Shown here: one piece after another, positions 12,695-24,339 of the stretch
Position numbering within the stretch: the stretch's first letter is position 1
Layout: the number at the start of each line of letters is the position of its first letter
NCBI RefSeq assembly: GCF_006345805.1
Contig: NC_043015.1
Coordinates: 12,338,001-12,402,000 of the forward strand
Source: Octopus sinensis
Taxonomy: Eukaryota
Direction: 5' to 3'
DNA length: 64,000 nt
Translations under genes and position numbers: made by a program
Notes under the pieces: generated by a model
Database searches by the model: none
Told to the model about the DNA's origin: nothing
Seen by the model: the letters and a program-made list of their open reading frames with translations, nothing else

Positions 12695-12922
12695 TGGTAG
12701 CTGGCAGAAACGTTAGCACGCCGGGCGAAATGCTTAGCTGTATTCCGTCTGCCGTTACGTTCTGAGTTCAAATTCCGCCGAGGTCGACTTTTCCTTTCAT
12801 CCTCTCGGGGTCGATAAATTAAGTAACAGTTACGCACTGGGGTCGATATAATCGACTTAATCGCTTTGTCTGTCCTAGTTTGTCCCCTCTGTGTTTAGCC
12901 CCTTGTGGGTAGTAAAGAAATA
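12695..12922 (+). mobile_element. tRNA-derived SINE, family B
   Basis: Full ~225 bp copy (CTGGCAGAAACGTTAGC...GAGTTCAAATTCC...GTAAAGAAATA). Further copies at ~2332-2460, 21144-21368, 39700-39870 (+) and 45184-45412, 62525-62614 (-). Confidence 0.78.
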
Positions 12923-13170
12923 GGTATGTAGTTGATGAAATTAACTCAAGTATTTCCCTGCTACATATTCTGCCGATTCAGGAGTGTTATGGAAGGTGAA
13001 GGCAACCTCGATCGAATTGGAACTCGATATTTAATTAAATAAACACAACAATGGCATTACTTCCTTGATTGTAAACCTATAATTACCTATGACTCAAAAT
13101 AGAAAACACAAGAAATTTTTTGTTGGATCTGCGGCTGGTGGATGTTCTGACCACTTGTGCTTAAGCTGAT

Positions 13171-13332
13171 TAGCTAACGGCCACGAACTGTATATGGCTG
13201 CTAATCTTTGGATTAGGTCAACAGTTGCACATTGAAGAAAATGACGAAATCTAGCTAACGGCCACGAACTGTATATGGCTGCTAATCTTTGGATTAGGTC
13301 AACAGTATCACATTGAAGAAAATGACGAAATC
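13171..13332. repeat. 81-bp tandem duplication (2 copies)
   Basis: TAGCTAACGGCC...GACGAAATC starts at 13171 and 13252, with 2 mismatches. Confidence 0.9.
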
Positions 13333-14042
13333 TGTTGAGATTTTTATGAACAAACTTTATTTCTGATTGAGAGCGTTTGAATGTTATTGTGCTTTTGTGT
13401 AACTGAAATAGAGTTAGGACAAATGTTGAGTGTTTAAATGTTATTGAAATAGCACTACGATGTGTAATGAGAGAGTTTGGATGTTATTGTTATTTAAATA
13501 GTATTAGAAAAGTTACTGCTAGTCATTGTGTTACTGTGGATCGAAACATTTGACCAGATTCATACGACCGTTCTCTTCCCCTTACATTAATAAATGCAAA
13601 AGAATTAAAAACAAGACCTTGAATGTAATTATGATTCTTACTGTAGAAAATCAAAAACAACATCTGGTTTTCCAATTAGAAATTTTGAACACTTGAAGAC
13701 AAAAATTCCTTTTCTTCTCCACCCGAAAAGTCACTAAATGGGAAAAAAAATTACAAAACTCAAACCAGTCTGATCACACTGATACAAAAGCCACGCCTCC
13801 TTTACCCTCCACTCCCTCTCAAACGGTTTTTCCCCTTTCCTTTCCCTTCCTTCATAAACCCCGCAAAACACACTCCTGCTTTCTTTTCTCTTCTCTATCT
13901 TCACTATCTCCCACTTTCTCCTCCTCTCTCACACCTGCACTTTCAGACCCAAAAGTGGTCCACCTTTAAAAGTGCCGCTCGGGGCGGACCGCCCCTATCG
14001 TGCTCCCTCCCCCACCCCAGGTACGCTAGTGTATGGATGTAT

Positions 14043-14104
<62 letters not shown>

Positions 14105-14116
<12 letters not shown>

Positions 14117-14662
14117 GCTTAGTGTAGGGTATCGTAACCTCAAGGCGTATTGATGATGATTTGGTTGCTATATATGTAAAGGACTTATCTATCTGGTCAC
14201 GCACAGAAGATTCCGTTTTTTTTTGTGATGATTCTGTTGCTGGTGCTTATAAATATTTAGCCTGATTCATTTCTGATCCAGCAGGTCTGTGATCAAAGAC
14301 ATTCCACTCACGACCGTCCATCTTCACTTTTCAATATTTCGTTTAAAATATTGCTTGATTTTCAAATGTTCTGTGATCTATAACAACATCTACAAATCGA
14401 TGAAGAATGTAGCATAATGGGCAACAATATTTTGCGCGCGCGCCCACACACACAGACACACACGTACGCACACACACACGCACACACACACACACGTACA
14501 CACACACACACACACGTACGCACATACACACACACAGACACACACACGTACGCACACACACACACACACACACGTACGCACATACACACACAAACACACA
14601 CACACACACACGTACGCACATACACACACACAGAGACACACACACACACACACACACACGTA

Positions 14663-14756
<94 letters not shown>

Positions 14757-15457
14757 AATATATCGCTCTTTGTAATTGCTTAGTACAAAGTTAATTCTAA
14801 TTGGCCGATGATGAAACGCATTAAACCAATGAACGTTCTTTTTTCGTCTTTGTTTATGTTTTTCAAGTATAGTGTACCTCGAACTAGATCATCAATTGTT
14901 TTCTTTAATAAAAGAAGAATAGCAGAGTGTTCTACGAATGAGATTTTAGCTTCAAAAGTTAGTGATAGTTATAAATGGAAAGCTTTGAAAAAGAAGGATA
15001 GTCACAACTGGAAAATCTTTTTTAATAAGGGATGGTCATGATTTAAATGCTTTTTAAAGGAAGGATGGTTTCAGTTGGAATGACTTTAAAGAAAGAGCAA
15101 CAGTTAGAAAGACGCTCGTTTCGTTTGTCAGCACATTTTCGCATGCTGAGGGAATAAATCGGATTTCGAGAATTTTCAGAAACTTATTAAAAACGTGCCA
15201 CTTTAGCAGTACATGAACAGTCATCTCCCTTGATGTGGGAATTACTTAGACACACTTAGTTGTTATCGTGGTTTTGTTACTTCGTCATTGGATTATTTCT
15301 TAACAATACAGAGCTTTGCTACTTTCCAACGGTTTTCGAATCTACCCCATTAACAAATAAGAGGTAATTGTTCCAAGTGATTCTGTAATACAAAAGTATA
15401 ACTTTACTCTTTAATATATCATACCAGGAAACTGATTCGGGTCATTTCTTTGATATA
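14105..15457 (+). repeat. Segmental duplication: upstream region shared by caspase copies 2 and 4 (partner ~57725-59196)
   Basis: After (GATA)n both read (G/T)TTAGTGTAG..CTCAAGGCGTAT..CACGCACAGAAGA..CATTTCTGATCC; they also share CCGATGATGAA.CGCATT and AATAGCAG..GAGATTTTAGCTTC blocks. Confidence 0.75.
15000..15457 (+). promoter_or_regulatory. Conserved 5' flank (putative promoter/5'UTR) of caspase copy 2, with perfect 3-unit HSE-type motif at 15164-15178
   Basis: Aligns by eye to the ~470 bp upstream of copies 3 and 4 (shared ATGGTCAT, TTTAAAGA, CGAGAATTTT, ATGAACAGTCA, AACAAATAAG blocks). tTTCg-aGAAt-tTTCa at 15164-15178. Confidence 0.55.
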
Positions 15458-16297
15458 ATGACTACTATGGATGCTCGATATGTAAGTGAACCCATGAGAG
15501 CTGATCAGTTTCATCAGTCAACTGGGGAGGATTTAATGAAATGTTTTAATAAATACGATATGACGCATAAAAGGCGAGGTGTCGCTTACATCTTCAACAA
15601 TGAAAATTTCAAACGATCGGAACTTGCAACTCGTTATGGCTCATCAAAAGATACAGAAGATTTTAAAAAGGCATTAATTAAACTTGGATTCCGTGAAGAT
15701 GATATCAAAGTTTATATGGATGCAACAGTCGAAGAAATGCGCGACGCTTTGAAGCAGTTTGGAAAAAATTCTCATACTGATATTGATTGCTTTATTTGTG
15801 CAATATTGAGTCATGGTGGCCCGGACGACGTTATCTGTGGATACGACGATGTTGTTAAACTAGACGAATTGTTTTCTTACCTGAGACCCAAGTGTTGTCC
15901 ATCTTTAACAGGAGTACCTAAATTATTCTTTGTTGAAGCATCTCGTGGAAGTAAGATTGATGTGGGGGTCGAAAAAACTGATGCTGATTTAATAGGGTAT
16001 GGAAAAAGGACACCCAAAATTCCGGTTATGGCAGATATGTTGGTTGTTTATTCATCGAGTAATGAATATTCTTCTTTCATAAATGAAGATGGTTCGTGGT
16101 TTATGCAAGCTCTAAGTAAAATGTTGATGGAATATGGCAATGAATATGAAATCATGAAACTTTTAACTGCTGTCTCTAACCGTGTTGCCTCTTTAGACTT
16201 CCGAAGTTCGGCTAATTCGGAATACAATGGATGTAAACAAATGCCTCACATTATGTCGACATTGATTAAAGAACTAAAGTTTCAGTCCAAGAACTAA
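15458..16297 (+). CDS. Caspase-3/7-like protein, copy 2 (279 aa), predicted catalytically inactive; intronless
   Basis: Same motifs as the other copies. SHG intact (His 15812-15814) but QACRG reads EASRG (Ser codon 15941-15943). The small-subunit S1 Arg is Ile (16079-16081). Confidence 0.92.
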   Translation: MTTMDARYVSEPMRADQFHQSTGEDLMKCFNKYDMTHKRRGVAYIFNNENFKRSELATRYGSSKDTEDFKKALIKLGFREDDIKVYMDATVEEMRDALKQFGKNSHTDIDCFICAILSHGGPDDVICGYDDVVKLDELFSYLRPKCCPSLTGVPKLFFVEASRGSKIDVGVEKTDADLIGYGKRTPKIPVMADMLVVYSSSNEYSSFINEDGSWFMQALSKMLMEYGNEYEIMKLLTAVSNRVASLDFRSSANSEYNGCKQMPHIMSTLIKELKFQSKN

Positions 16298-16902
16298 ATG
16301 TACCGTTTACTTTAATATCAACACTAAAGTTTTACGTAAATATATGTATACAAATACAAAATGTATGTGCTTTTACATATAATTACTTGACCTAAAATGT
16401 AACATTTTAAATCAATTATTTTCTATAATTGTTAATATGATTCCAATCTTAATTTGGTTTCTTTTTAAAGTGTTTAAAAGAATATATTTATTTGTCATTG
16501 CTTTCATCATTATATCATCACAAGTATATATTTTATTTTTATCCCTACATATTATTAATTTTATATGAATGTTTACAGACATAAATTTTTTATTCTATTT
16601 TTTATTTTATTTTATTCGAATTAAATTATAGCTTGCACAGTAAGGTCCGGCGAATCTATATACACATATGTATACTTATCTGTTAAAATTAAAATATAAT
16701 ATTCAGTATCGAACTATGATAAAGTTATTTAGAGGCCTGATGATTGGGGTTGCATTTTAAGAAATGTTCCTATAAAGCGCTGCGTGCTTAAGGAACCATA
16801 AAAGAACCTCAAGAAACACGTGTAGCAGAGAAATGAGTAGTAAGTATTAAATTAAAATTCTTTTATATGGTGTGATGATGGGGACTACTATCTCTAAATA
16901 AC

Positions 16903-16962
<60 letters not shown>

Positions 16963-17138
16963 TATATATATATATATATACCAGCCTATGTAACCTAATG
17001 TTACCATGTACGTCTGATATATTTTAAAGTTATTGAAAGCACAGTATCACTGAATTATTTTCTTTCTATCCTTTAAGTGTTCTAATAGTTTCTTCGTTTG
17101 TGCCAAAGTGTTATTCAATTTCACTCGAACCCTTTTCA

Positions 17139-17583
17139 GTACTTTTTGGTTATCTCACCCCCATTAAAACATTGGGTTTTATGAGAAATATCGGTACTTT
17201 TGGTTATTTCTCTCAACGAATAAAATCGTTTAACCCTCAATAAAAGAAAATGAAAAAAATTAATAAAAATGAAAAGTGAAAAGATAAAACATCGTATTGA
17301 ATCTCATAATATTTTTATAACAAATCATTCTAAACTGAAAAAATTAATAAACTTGAAAACTGAAGCAATTAAACATCTTAATGAATCTGATGACATTTTT
17401 ATAACAAATCATACCATGCCTATTGAGAAGGCCAAACGTCAACTTGTTGAAGTTCTGTATCAAAAGTACTCTTTTAATCCAATCTTTTGTCGCCACATAA
17501 ACTCAATTTTTTACTGGGGTGAGTGATAACCCAATTTTTAATGGCAGTTTTTTTTAATGGGGAAGAGATAACCAAAACGTACC
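17139..17583. mobile_element. MITE with ~27-bp TIRs and 9-bp TSD (Mutator-like signature)
   Basis: TIRs GTACTTTTTGGTTATCTCACCCCCATT / AATGGGGAAGAGATAACCAAAACGTAC; CCCTTTTCA at 17130-17138 and 17584-17592. Absent from the homologous blocks at ~35420 and ~60640. A related terminus lies at ~2185-2212. Confidence 0.7.
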
Positions 17584-18242
17584 CCCTTTTCATTTTGAAA
17601 TGATTAGATACATTGATATTTTATTTCCAGAGAAATCAACTCTCTTGGTAGTCGAGGCTCTTATTATTCAACTTCGTAAAGACTGGGTGTCCATGACTTA
17701 CTTTTACTATTTGAAAATTTCAGAAAGAAAAAGACTAACTCAAAGCAAATTATCTTTTATTAGGATTATCAGAACACTTTCGTGTAGATTCCATTTGTTG
17801 CACACAATCTTTTGTTTCTTGTTTTTTGTTTTTCTCAAATTGTAAAGATAATTTTATGTACATTCTGTATTTTATGCAGTGAAAAACAACTCTAGCTCAA
17901 GGATGGGAGACAACTTTTGAAAATACTTGCAGTTTTACGAATGGAATTCCCCTTGCGCAACTTAAAGCAGAAATGGAATTCCCCTTCTGCTTTCAGTTTT
18001 ACAAATGGAATTCCCCTCTCGTGCTTTCAGTTTAACATGACCTTACAAAAAAATAGCACCAAAATATGTTAACAATACAAAATAATCTGTAGAAGACCAT
18101 GTCTCCGTGGCTAGGCTTTGAGGCGAAATTCTGGTTTAAGCACCTCATATTTTAGGTTTAAGCACCTTCATAACTTTTTTATTTGGAGAATTTACAGAAA
18201 CTTTTTGCGAATTTCTGTTCAATACACGGGAATTCATACGAT

Positions 18243-19348
18243 TGTACTGGCTTCATGGAGGCATGGCGTGGATTCGATCCTCGATCGCCAAATTTCACTT
18301 TTCAACAGCACTTTTCCTGCAGAGGAAACAATGGTTGATTGCAATGGTTGATTGACCCTTCTAACCTCTTCTAGAATTGAGATGACAGACTCACCCCCAA
18401 CGAAATCTATTGTCTTTGCAATATACTCTTTTACTTGTTTCAGTCATTTGACTGCGGCCATGCTGGAGCACCGCCTTTAATCGAGCAACTCGATCCTAGG
18501 ACTTATTCTTTTGTAAGCCCAGTACTTATGCTATCGGTCTCTTTTGCCGAACCGCTAAGTAACGGCGACATAAACACACCAGCATCGGTTGTCAAGCAAT
18601 GCTAGGGGGAGAAACACACACACCCATATATATATATACATATATACGACGGGCTTCTTTTCAGTTTCCGTTTACCAAATCCACTCACAAGGCTTTGGTC
18701 GGCCCGAGGACATAGTAGAAGACACTTGCCCAAGATGCCACGCAGTGGGACTGAACCCGGAACTATGTGATTGGTAAACAAGCTACTTACCACACAGCCA
18801 CTCCTGCGCCTATATGTTTATCTTTCTAACTAGTTTTGTATAGTTATAAATACTAGAACTCCGAAAGCCAAGATCAGTTAGTGAACAGAGACCAACTCGA
18901 GATGGCCACAAACAGACAGCCATTTTTTGAGACAAACGGCCAAGGAAGAATACAATCAATTTCTATGAGATACAACATCCCTCGACTCTCTAACTTTCAC
19001 TAGTTCATCTTCTTTTCTCTACAACATCACTCTGTCTCTACCTTTCTTACTGCTAGAATTACAAATGTGCTCATACTTATACAAGAAGAAATTAACTTTC
19101 TTAACCTTGAATGCTTTAACACTTATATTATTATACACACCTTGCCCTTCGAGGCATGGCATTATATTGAGTAACAGTAAAATAAATAAATTTAAAGTCA
19201 ACATCAACTTTTATCATTGTTCTTCTTTCATCTTGCACATCTGCAACAGCAACACCCGTTACACTCGCTAACAACCGACAACCACAATTACCATCACAAT
19301 TACCGTTACACTGGTGACCACTGACTCCACTTTAACAATACCGTTACA
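18243..19348 (-). mobile_element. Solo LTR (TG...CA, 4-bp TSD CGAT) with nested SINE A at 18424-18810
   Basis: Reverse-complement homologue of 24570-25316; CGAT at 18239-18242 and 19349-19352; empty site with single CGAT at 36086-36089. Confidence 0.85.
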
Positions 19349-22061
19349 CGATTATGCAAAAACCCAAACCGAAAATATTTAATTTAAGGGCTATTTTGAT
19401 GTTATTTTTAGCACATCTCACGACCATCTCATACCTTCGTCCTTTCTTTGTCACTCAGGTATTTGATGTTTTTCAATATCTTTCTCCCCATAAAAAACAT
19501 TTCATGGTCTATTACTAGATTTAAGCAAAAAAAAATTTGGACTGTCAATATTTCAAACTCTGATTTTAAAGAAAAAATCGAAAACTTTTTTTTTAAATTT
19601 AATTCGTAAAATTAGAAAAAATTATTTTTCTTAATTGAATGAATTCCGTATAAGACACAAATTCCCACAAATTTTCTAAAAATTACAAATAGAGGAGTCA
19701 CGTGGAGTTGTCATAAGGTGCTTAAACCGGTTTCAATTCCTGAAACAGGCCTTGAGTATAACATTTCATTTCAAGTTGCTCCAGTCTATTCAGTGGGCAA
19801 AAATGACTATTCTTGCGACGCACCGGCATCCCGTCCAATGGGGAATAATATGAGTAGCAGAAATATCTGACAATTACAAAACTTTGAAATTGAATTCATA
19901 CGACTATATCGGATGTAAAACAGAAAGAAATATCCTAAAGAACATGATTGCGATTCGATAAAATGTTACCAATGTCATCAATACACATAACTATTCAAGA
20001 CTTCTTGTGGAGCTGGATCTAATAGCAATTTCATCTTTGGCTTGCTGACTCTGTCCAAGAGCAGCGTTATATATTCAGTGCATTTTAGCCACTTCAGAGC
20101 AGAGAGAAGCAGATCACAGCGGGGTCACAACACAAAAATCAATGGACGATAACGGCAATACACTATGACTAGCTAACTTCAAGAAACTGACGACAGCAAC
20201 TACTATCCCATCTCCTTCAACAACATCTCATATAAGGTTCGGACTAGTTTGGTTTAAATATCATTTCTTTGTCGTTCGTAGTAACTACAATATTTTTGCT
20301 GACGATAAAAGTAAATATTTTTGCACTAAAAGCCACGGCAGCCTTTTTTATTTATTTCCTATCATTGTTAATAAGAATGCAAGCTTTGTTTATAAATACC
20401 ATAAACTTTTTTGGTTTTTAATATAAAATAAAGTTCTTTTACATACACAACTGCCTAATTTATTCATTCTAATTTAAAAAAAAAAATGATCTTTGACTCT
20501 GAAAATTGAACTAACATTGTTTTTATATACAACTACCTACTAATACGGCTCATATGCACGCAGTCACTACTTTATATTTTTCTGAACTAATACTTTTCAG
20601 GTGGACTGGTATTTAGGCAAAGCTCTTATTTTTATTCATATATCTTCCCGTGCTGGGATTTATCAAGAAAGAGAATTTTTTTCTTCTTTTTGCACGGAAC
20701 TGTATCATTTCATTGTTTTATTTATTCTGTCTTTTTCTTTAATTTTAGTGGAGAATGGCCTGAGTAAATTTGTTAACGATAAAATTAACCCCATTTTTCT
20801 TTCTTAGAAGATGTTCCACCTTAGTTTATGTAATCCCTATGCCTTTCTTTCCATCACAAAACCTATAACTTCAAAAAATAATTATCGATCCACACTTTTC
20901 TCCTTCAAATCGGATGTCATCAGGTGAAGTGCTGATCTTTGCACACGTTTTCTAATATGCAAATTCTTCCGCTATCTCCTATTCTACATTGTGACCACAA
21001 TCCAATTGTACAGCAAGCTCCTTGATGCTTACTCATCTGTCTACACGAATCAATTCATCCTCTCGCTTGCGATTCGTGTGAGTTGTCGTACTTGACGGGC
21101 TCCCATTGAACGGTTAGTCTTCATTGTTAGTTTACTCTTCCTTGAGCTGGCAGACACGTTAGCGCACTGGGCGAAATGCTTAGCGGTATTTCGTCTGTCG
21201 TTACGTTCTGAGTTCAGATTCCGCTGAGGTCAACTTTGCCTTTCATCCTTTCGGGGTCGATAAATAAAGTACCAGTTTCGCACTGGGGTCGATATAATCG
21301 ACTCAATCCCTTCGTCTGTCCTTGTTTGTCTCCTCTATGTTTAGCCCCTTCTGGGCAGTAAAGAAATATATACTTCTTCAACCACCTCTGCTCATTACTC
21401 TTGTCAATAATGTCATCGCAGGAAGGAACCTGTAGTTTTTTGTGAATGTCATTGCATCTATTCCAAATCTGGTATTTGCCTGCAGTGAATGACTATATTT
21501 GCATTACTTTCGGTACAACACTTGTATTTTGTCATAGAAACAAATAAATGTAAATAGTTTAAACATAGTCTCCTATTACGTCAAATTGCAAAATATTTTA
21601 AGATTATAATTTCTCGACTGTTAACCTCATCGCTAAAAGTAAACGCTATTTTCTGGGTTTTACTGATAAGTGAATGTTACTATTATTTTTACATGTTACA
21701 CAGATAACTCGTATGTACTACTCCCGAATACTAAAGCCATCTTTGACTTCGAATATTGAACTCGGAAACTGATGTTTATCATACTCAAACTAAGATTATC
21801 TGATATTGCGCCGCCATATAACCGCCATAAAGGGGTTTCTAGTCGAAGAAAATACTCCAGGACTTATTCTCTCTAAGCTATTACTTATTCTATCGTTCCC
21901 TTTTGCCAAACCGCTAATTTACGGTAAACACACTAAGATCAGTTGTCAAGCGTTAGAGGGAGGACGAACACAGGCACAAAGAAACACACACATACATAAA
22001 TGTGTGTGTGTGTGTGTGTGCGTGCGTGTATGTGTGTGCGTGTGATATATATATATATATA

Positions 22062-23310
22062 TATAATACATTAAAAGTCAGGTTGAATCTTGCTTGCTTG
22101 CAATGTTACCCAGCCAAACTGGCGCCTAATGGGAAAATGCTATGAATTAAGTTTACCCTGAAATGTGAATACGAACAGAATAAAACAAGCTTCGCGTAAA
22201 TCGAACAAGTGGTTTGGGGGATAATAGAGGTTTTCGGGGGTATAAATATCCAAAATGGTGCATAATGGGAAAATAGTCCGAAAATAATCTTAATCCTGAA
22301 TAGAAACTCTTATCTTTCGATTAGACACTGTGACTTGACAACGAAAAAATACGATTTTTTTTACAGTAAATGTTTCTATTTTCGCTTCTGTTAAACACAG
22401 TATATTAATCATTTAGATATATTCTTAATAGAATGTGATTTCAAAAATGTAAGTTGTTCATTAAGTAGGTGTTTATATTTTAGCTTTCTTTAAACAGACA
22501 ATATTTCAATGTTTTTACCTCCGCCTTAGCGAAGGCGGAGGTATTGTTTTCAGTTGTGTTTGTATGTTTGTTTGTTTGTCCGTGGACAAGATATCTTAAG
22601 AACCGCTTGATGGATTCGGATGAAACTTTCAGGGATGTTTGGTCTTGTGACTGGCTCGAAATGATTAGATTTTGGGATCGATCTGCAACTGGAACAGGAT
22701 TCTGGATAATTTTTCCTGTTTTTTTCAATTAATTTTTGAGAGCGGTCGGGTTCATTTTTAGTATTCTCGTTTGTGAGGGCAATCGAGTTTATTTCAGTTA
22801 TTCTCCTTTTAAAAACCATCTCTGGATAATTGTTGAGAGCATGCTGGTGTTGCCTTGGCGGAGGTTTGTGCTCTTGTTTTAAATTATTTTCAAGTAAATA
22901 CCACTAAAAAATTTTGGCATATTGAACAAATATTTTAAAGTGGAAATTACTTTAAAAATACGGTAAATATTTCATAAAAGACCCGTTCGTAACCTCGGCG
23001 TGAAATAGTTGTTTTTTTTTCCATAGGTTTTTTCCGAATGCATTCAAAGTATCTCACCTGCAAAGATTTGGCTGCTTCTACATAACAGCTATTTGCGATA
23101 AAGAACCCGAAATACCTGTTACGTGGTAGCTGGGAGTGCAAGAAATAGCAGTGAAATATTTCCTTTTCTGGGGAAAGGAGCCGTTTACACGTGATTTCGA
23201 TGTCACATTCGCTGAAAGCATGCGAAATAACATAGAAAAAACACGAAGCAAAATTCCGTTGGTGGGAAACTCAGAGTTTCCCGGTGACCCAACGGGTCAT
23301 GGGTAGTCTA

Positions 23311-23311
<1 letters not shown>
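22062..23311 (+). mobile_element. Helitron-like non-autonomous element with nested DINE-1/Helentron-like insert (~22512-22876)
   Basis: 3' hairpin TGACCC-aac-GGGTCA (23285-23299) followed by CTAG|T (23308-23311). The insert has TTTTACCTCCGCC / GGCGGAGGT ends and (GTTT)n. The 5' boundary is uncertain. Confidence 0.55.
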
Positions 23312-23342
<31 letters not shown>

Positions 23343-24339
23343 GTGGAAATGGATGCGTTGCGTTCAGTTAAATAATAAATAATGTATGTATATATATATA
23401 TATACAAAATTAAGAGGAATGACCACTAAAGTGGACGCCTAATATGCTAAACATAGACGTCAAAACGCCATTTCCACGAAGAGTGTGTTCTCAAGAAATT
23501 CTCAACAAAACGCCAAAATGTAAAAATGAGTAAGACAAATGAAAATATACGAAATAAAAAACGATTACCTACGTACCATAATTTCACTTGTTAATAATTT
23601 ACGCATGTAAATACTCAAATATCTGCAAGATCATCAGCGAAGTCTGTCGCTTACAAAACACATTTTCCAGAACTAGATACAAAATGCTCAACCGAAATAG
23701 AGTATGTATATAGTTCTACAAATTATATTTGGATGTATTTTTCAAATGTCTTCACTTCGGCGTGCTGAGACCGGAAATAACTTTGCAGTTAGTAAATTTC
23801 AGCAGCTAATTTATATACACACACATAATCTTCGCACTCTCTAAGAAAAAAAGACGTCGACTTTTTGACGTACACAATATTTTAATCATTTAGAAATCTT
23901 TTTAACTGAATGTGATTTCAAAAATTTAAGTTGTTTGTACAGTAAATATTCATATTTTAGCTTTCTTTAAACAGACATATTTAGTAAAACATATTAAGCA
24001 ACACTAATAATAAATCAAAAAGCATAAAAATAAACATGTTTTTAACGGTTTTATAGATATTTCAAACTTATGATGCTATGTGTTTCCATTATTTTGTCCA
24101 ACCCCTGTATGAATACGTATAAAAAAGGGGTTCGACTTGCACAGAATACAAATGATATAGAGAATTAAAGGGGTTGAAGAAAAGTACTACAAGTTCAACA
24201 GCTGTTTCTGGGGGCTCGGTGGTCCAAAATAATTTTTGCAGATTGACTCCATCGTAGGATGAGATGGGCCGCTGTCTTCAGAGGAGAAATCTTACATTTG
24301 AGATGTTAATGGAAAGAAGTTTTTTAGTCAAAAACTATC

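Larger units (their letters stand above)
17040..19560. repeat. Duplicated block X (homologues ~35320-36250 and ~60520-60860), here interrupted by a MITE and a solo LTR
   Basis: Shared TCACTGAAT..., GAAATCAACT..., AAGGATGGGAGACAACTTTT, GGAATTCCCC repeats and GAGGCGAAATTCTGGTTTAAGCACCTCATA. Confidence 0.75.

Noticed and set aside
15421-15457. Possible splice acceptor (CAG|GAA) adding ETDSGHFFDI upstream of copy 2, implying a hidden prodomain exon
   Set aside because: The AG is not conserved in copies 1, 3 or 4 and there is no strong pyrimidine tract; cannot be excluded without transcripts.
19700-20340. Possible decayed caspase CDS upstream of the orphan 3' flank
   Set aside because: Apart from a short GGATGTAAA match, no caspase motifs were recoverable in any frame by eye.
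23555-23645. Minus-strand CTGATGA...GAAA hammerhead candidate
   Set aside because: Stem II opens with a U-U mismatch and stem I cannot form.
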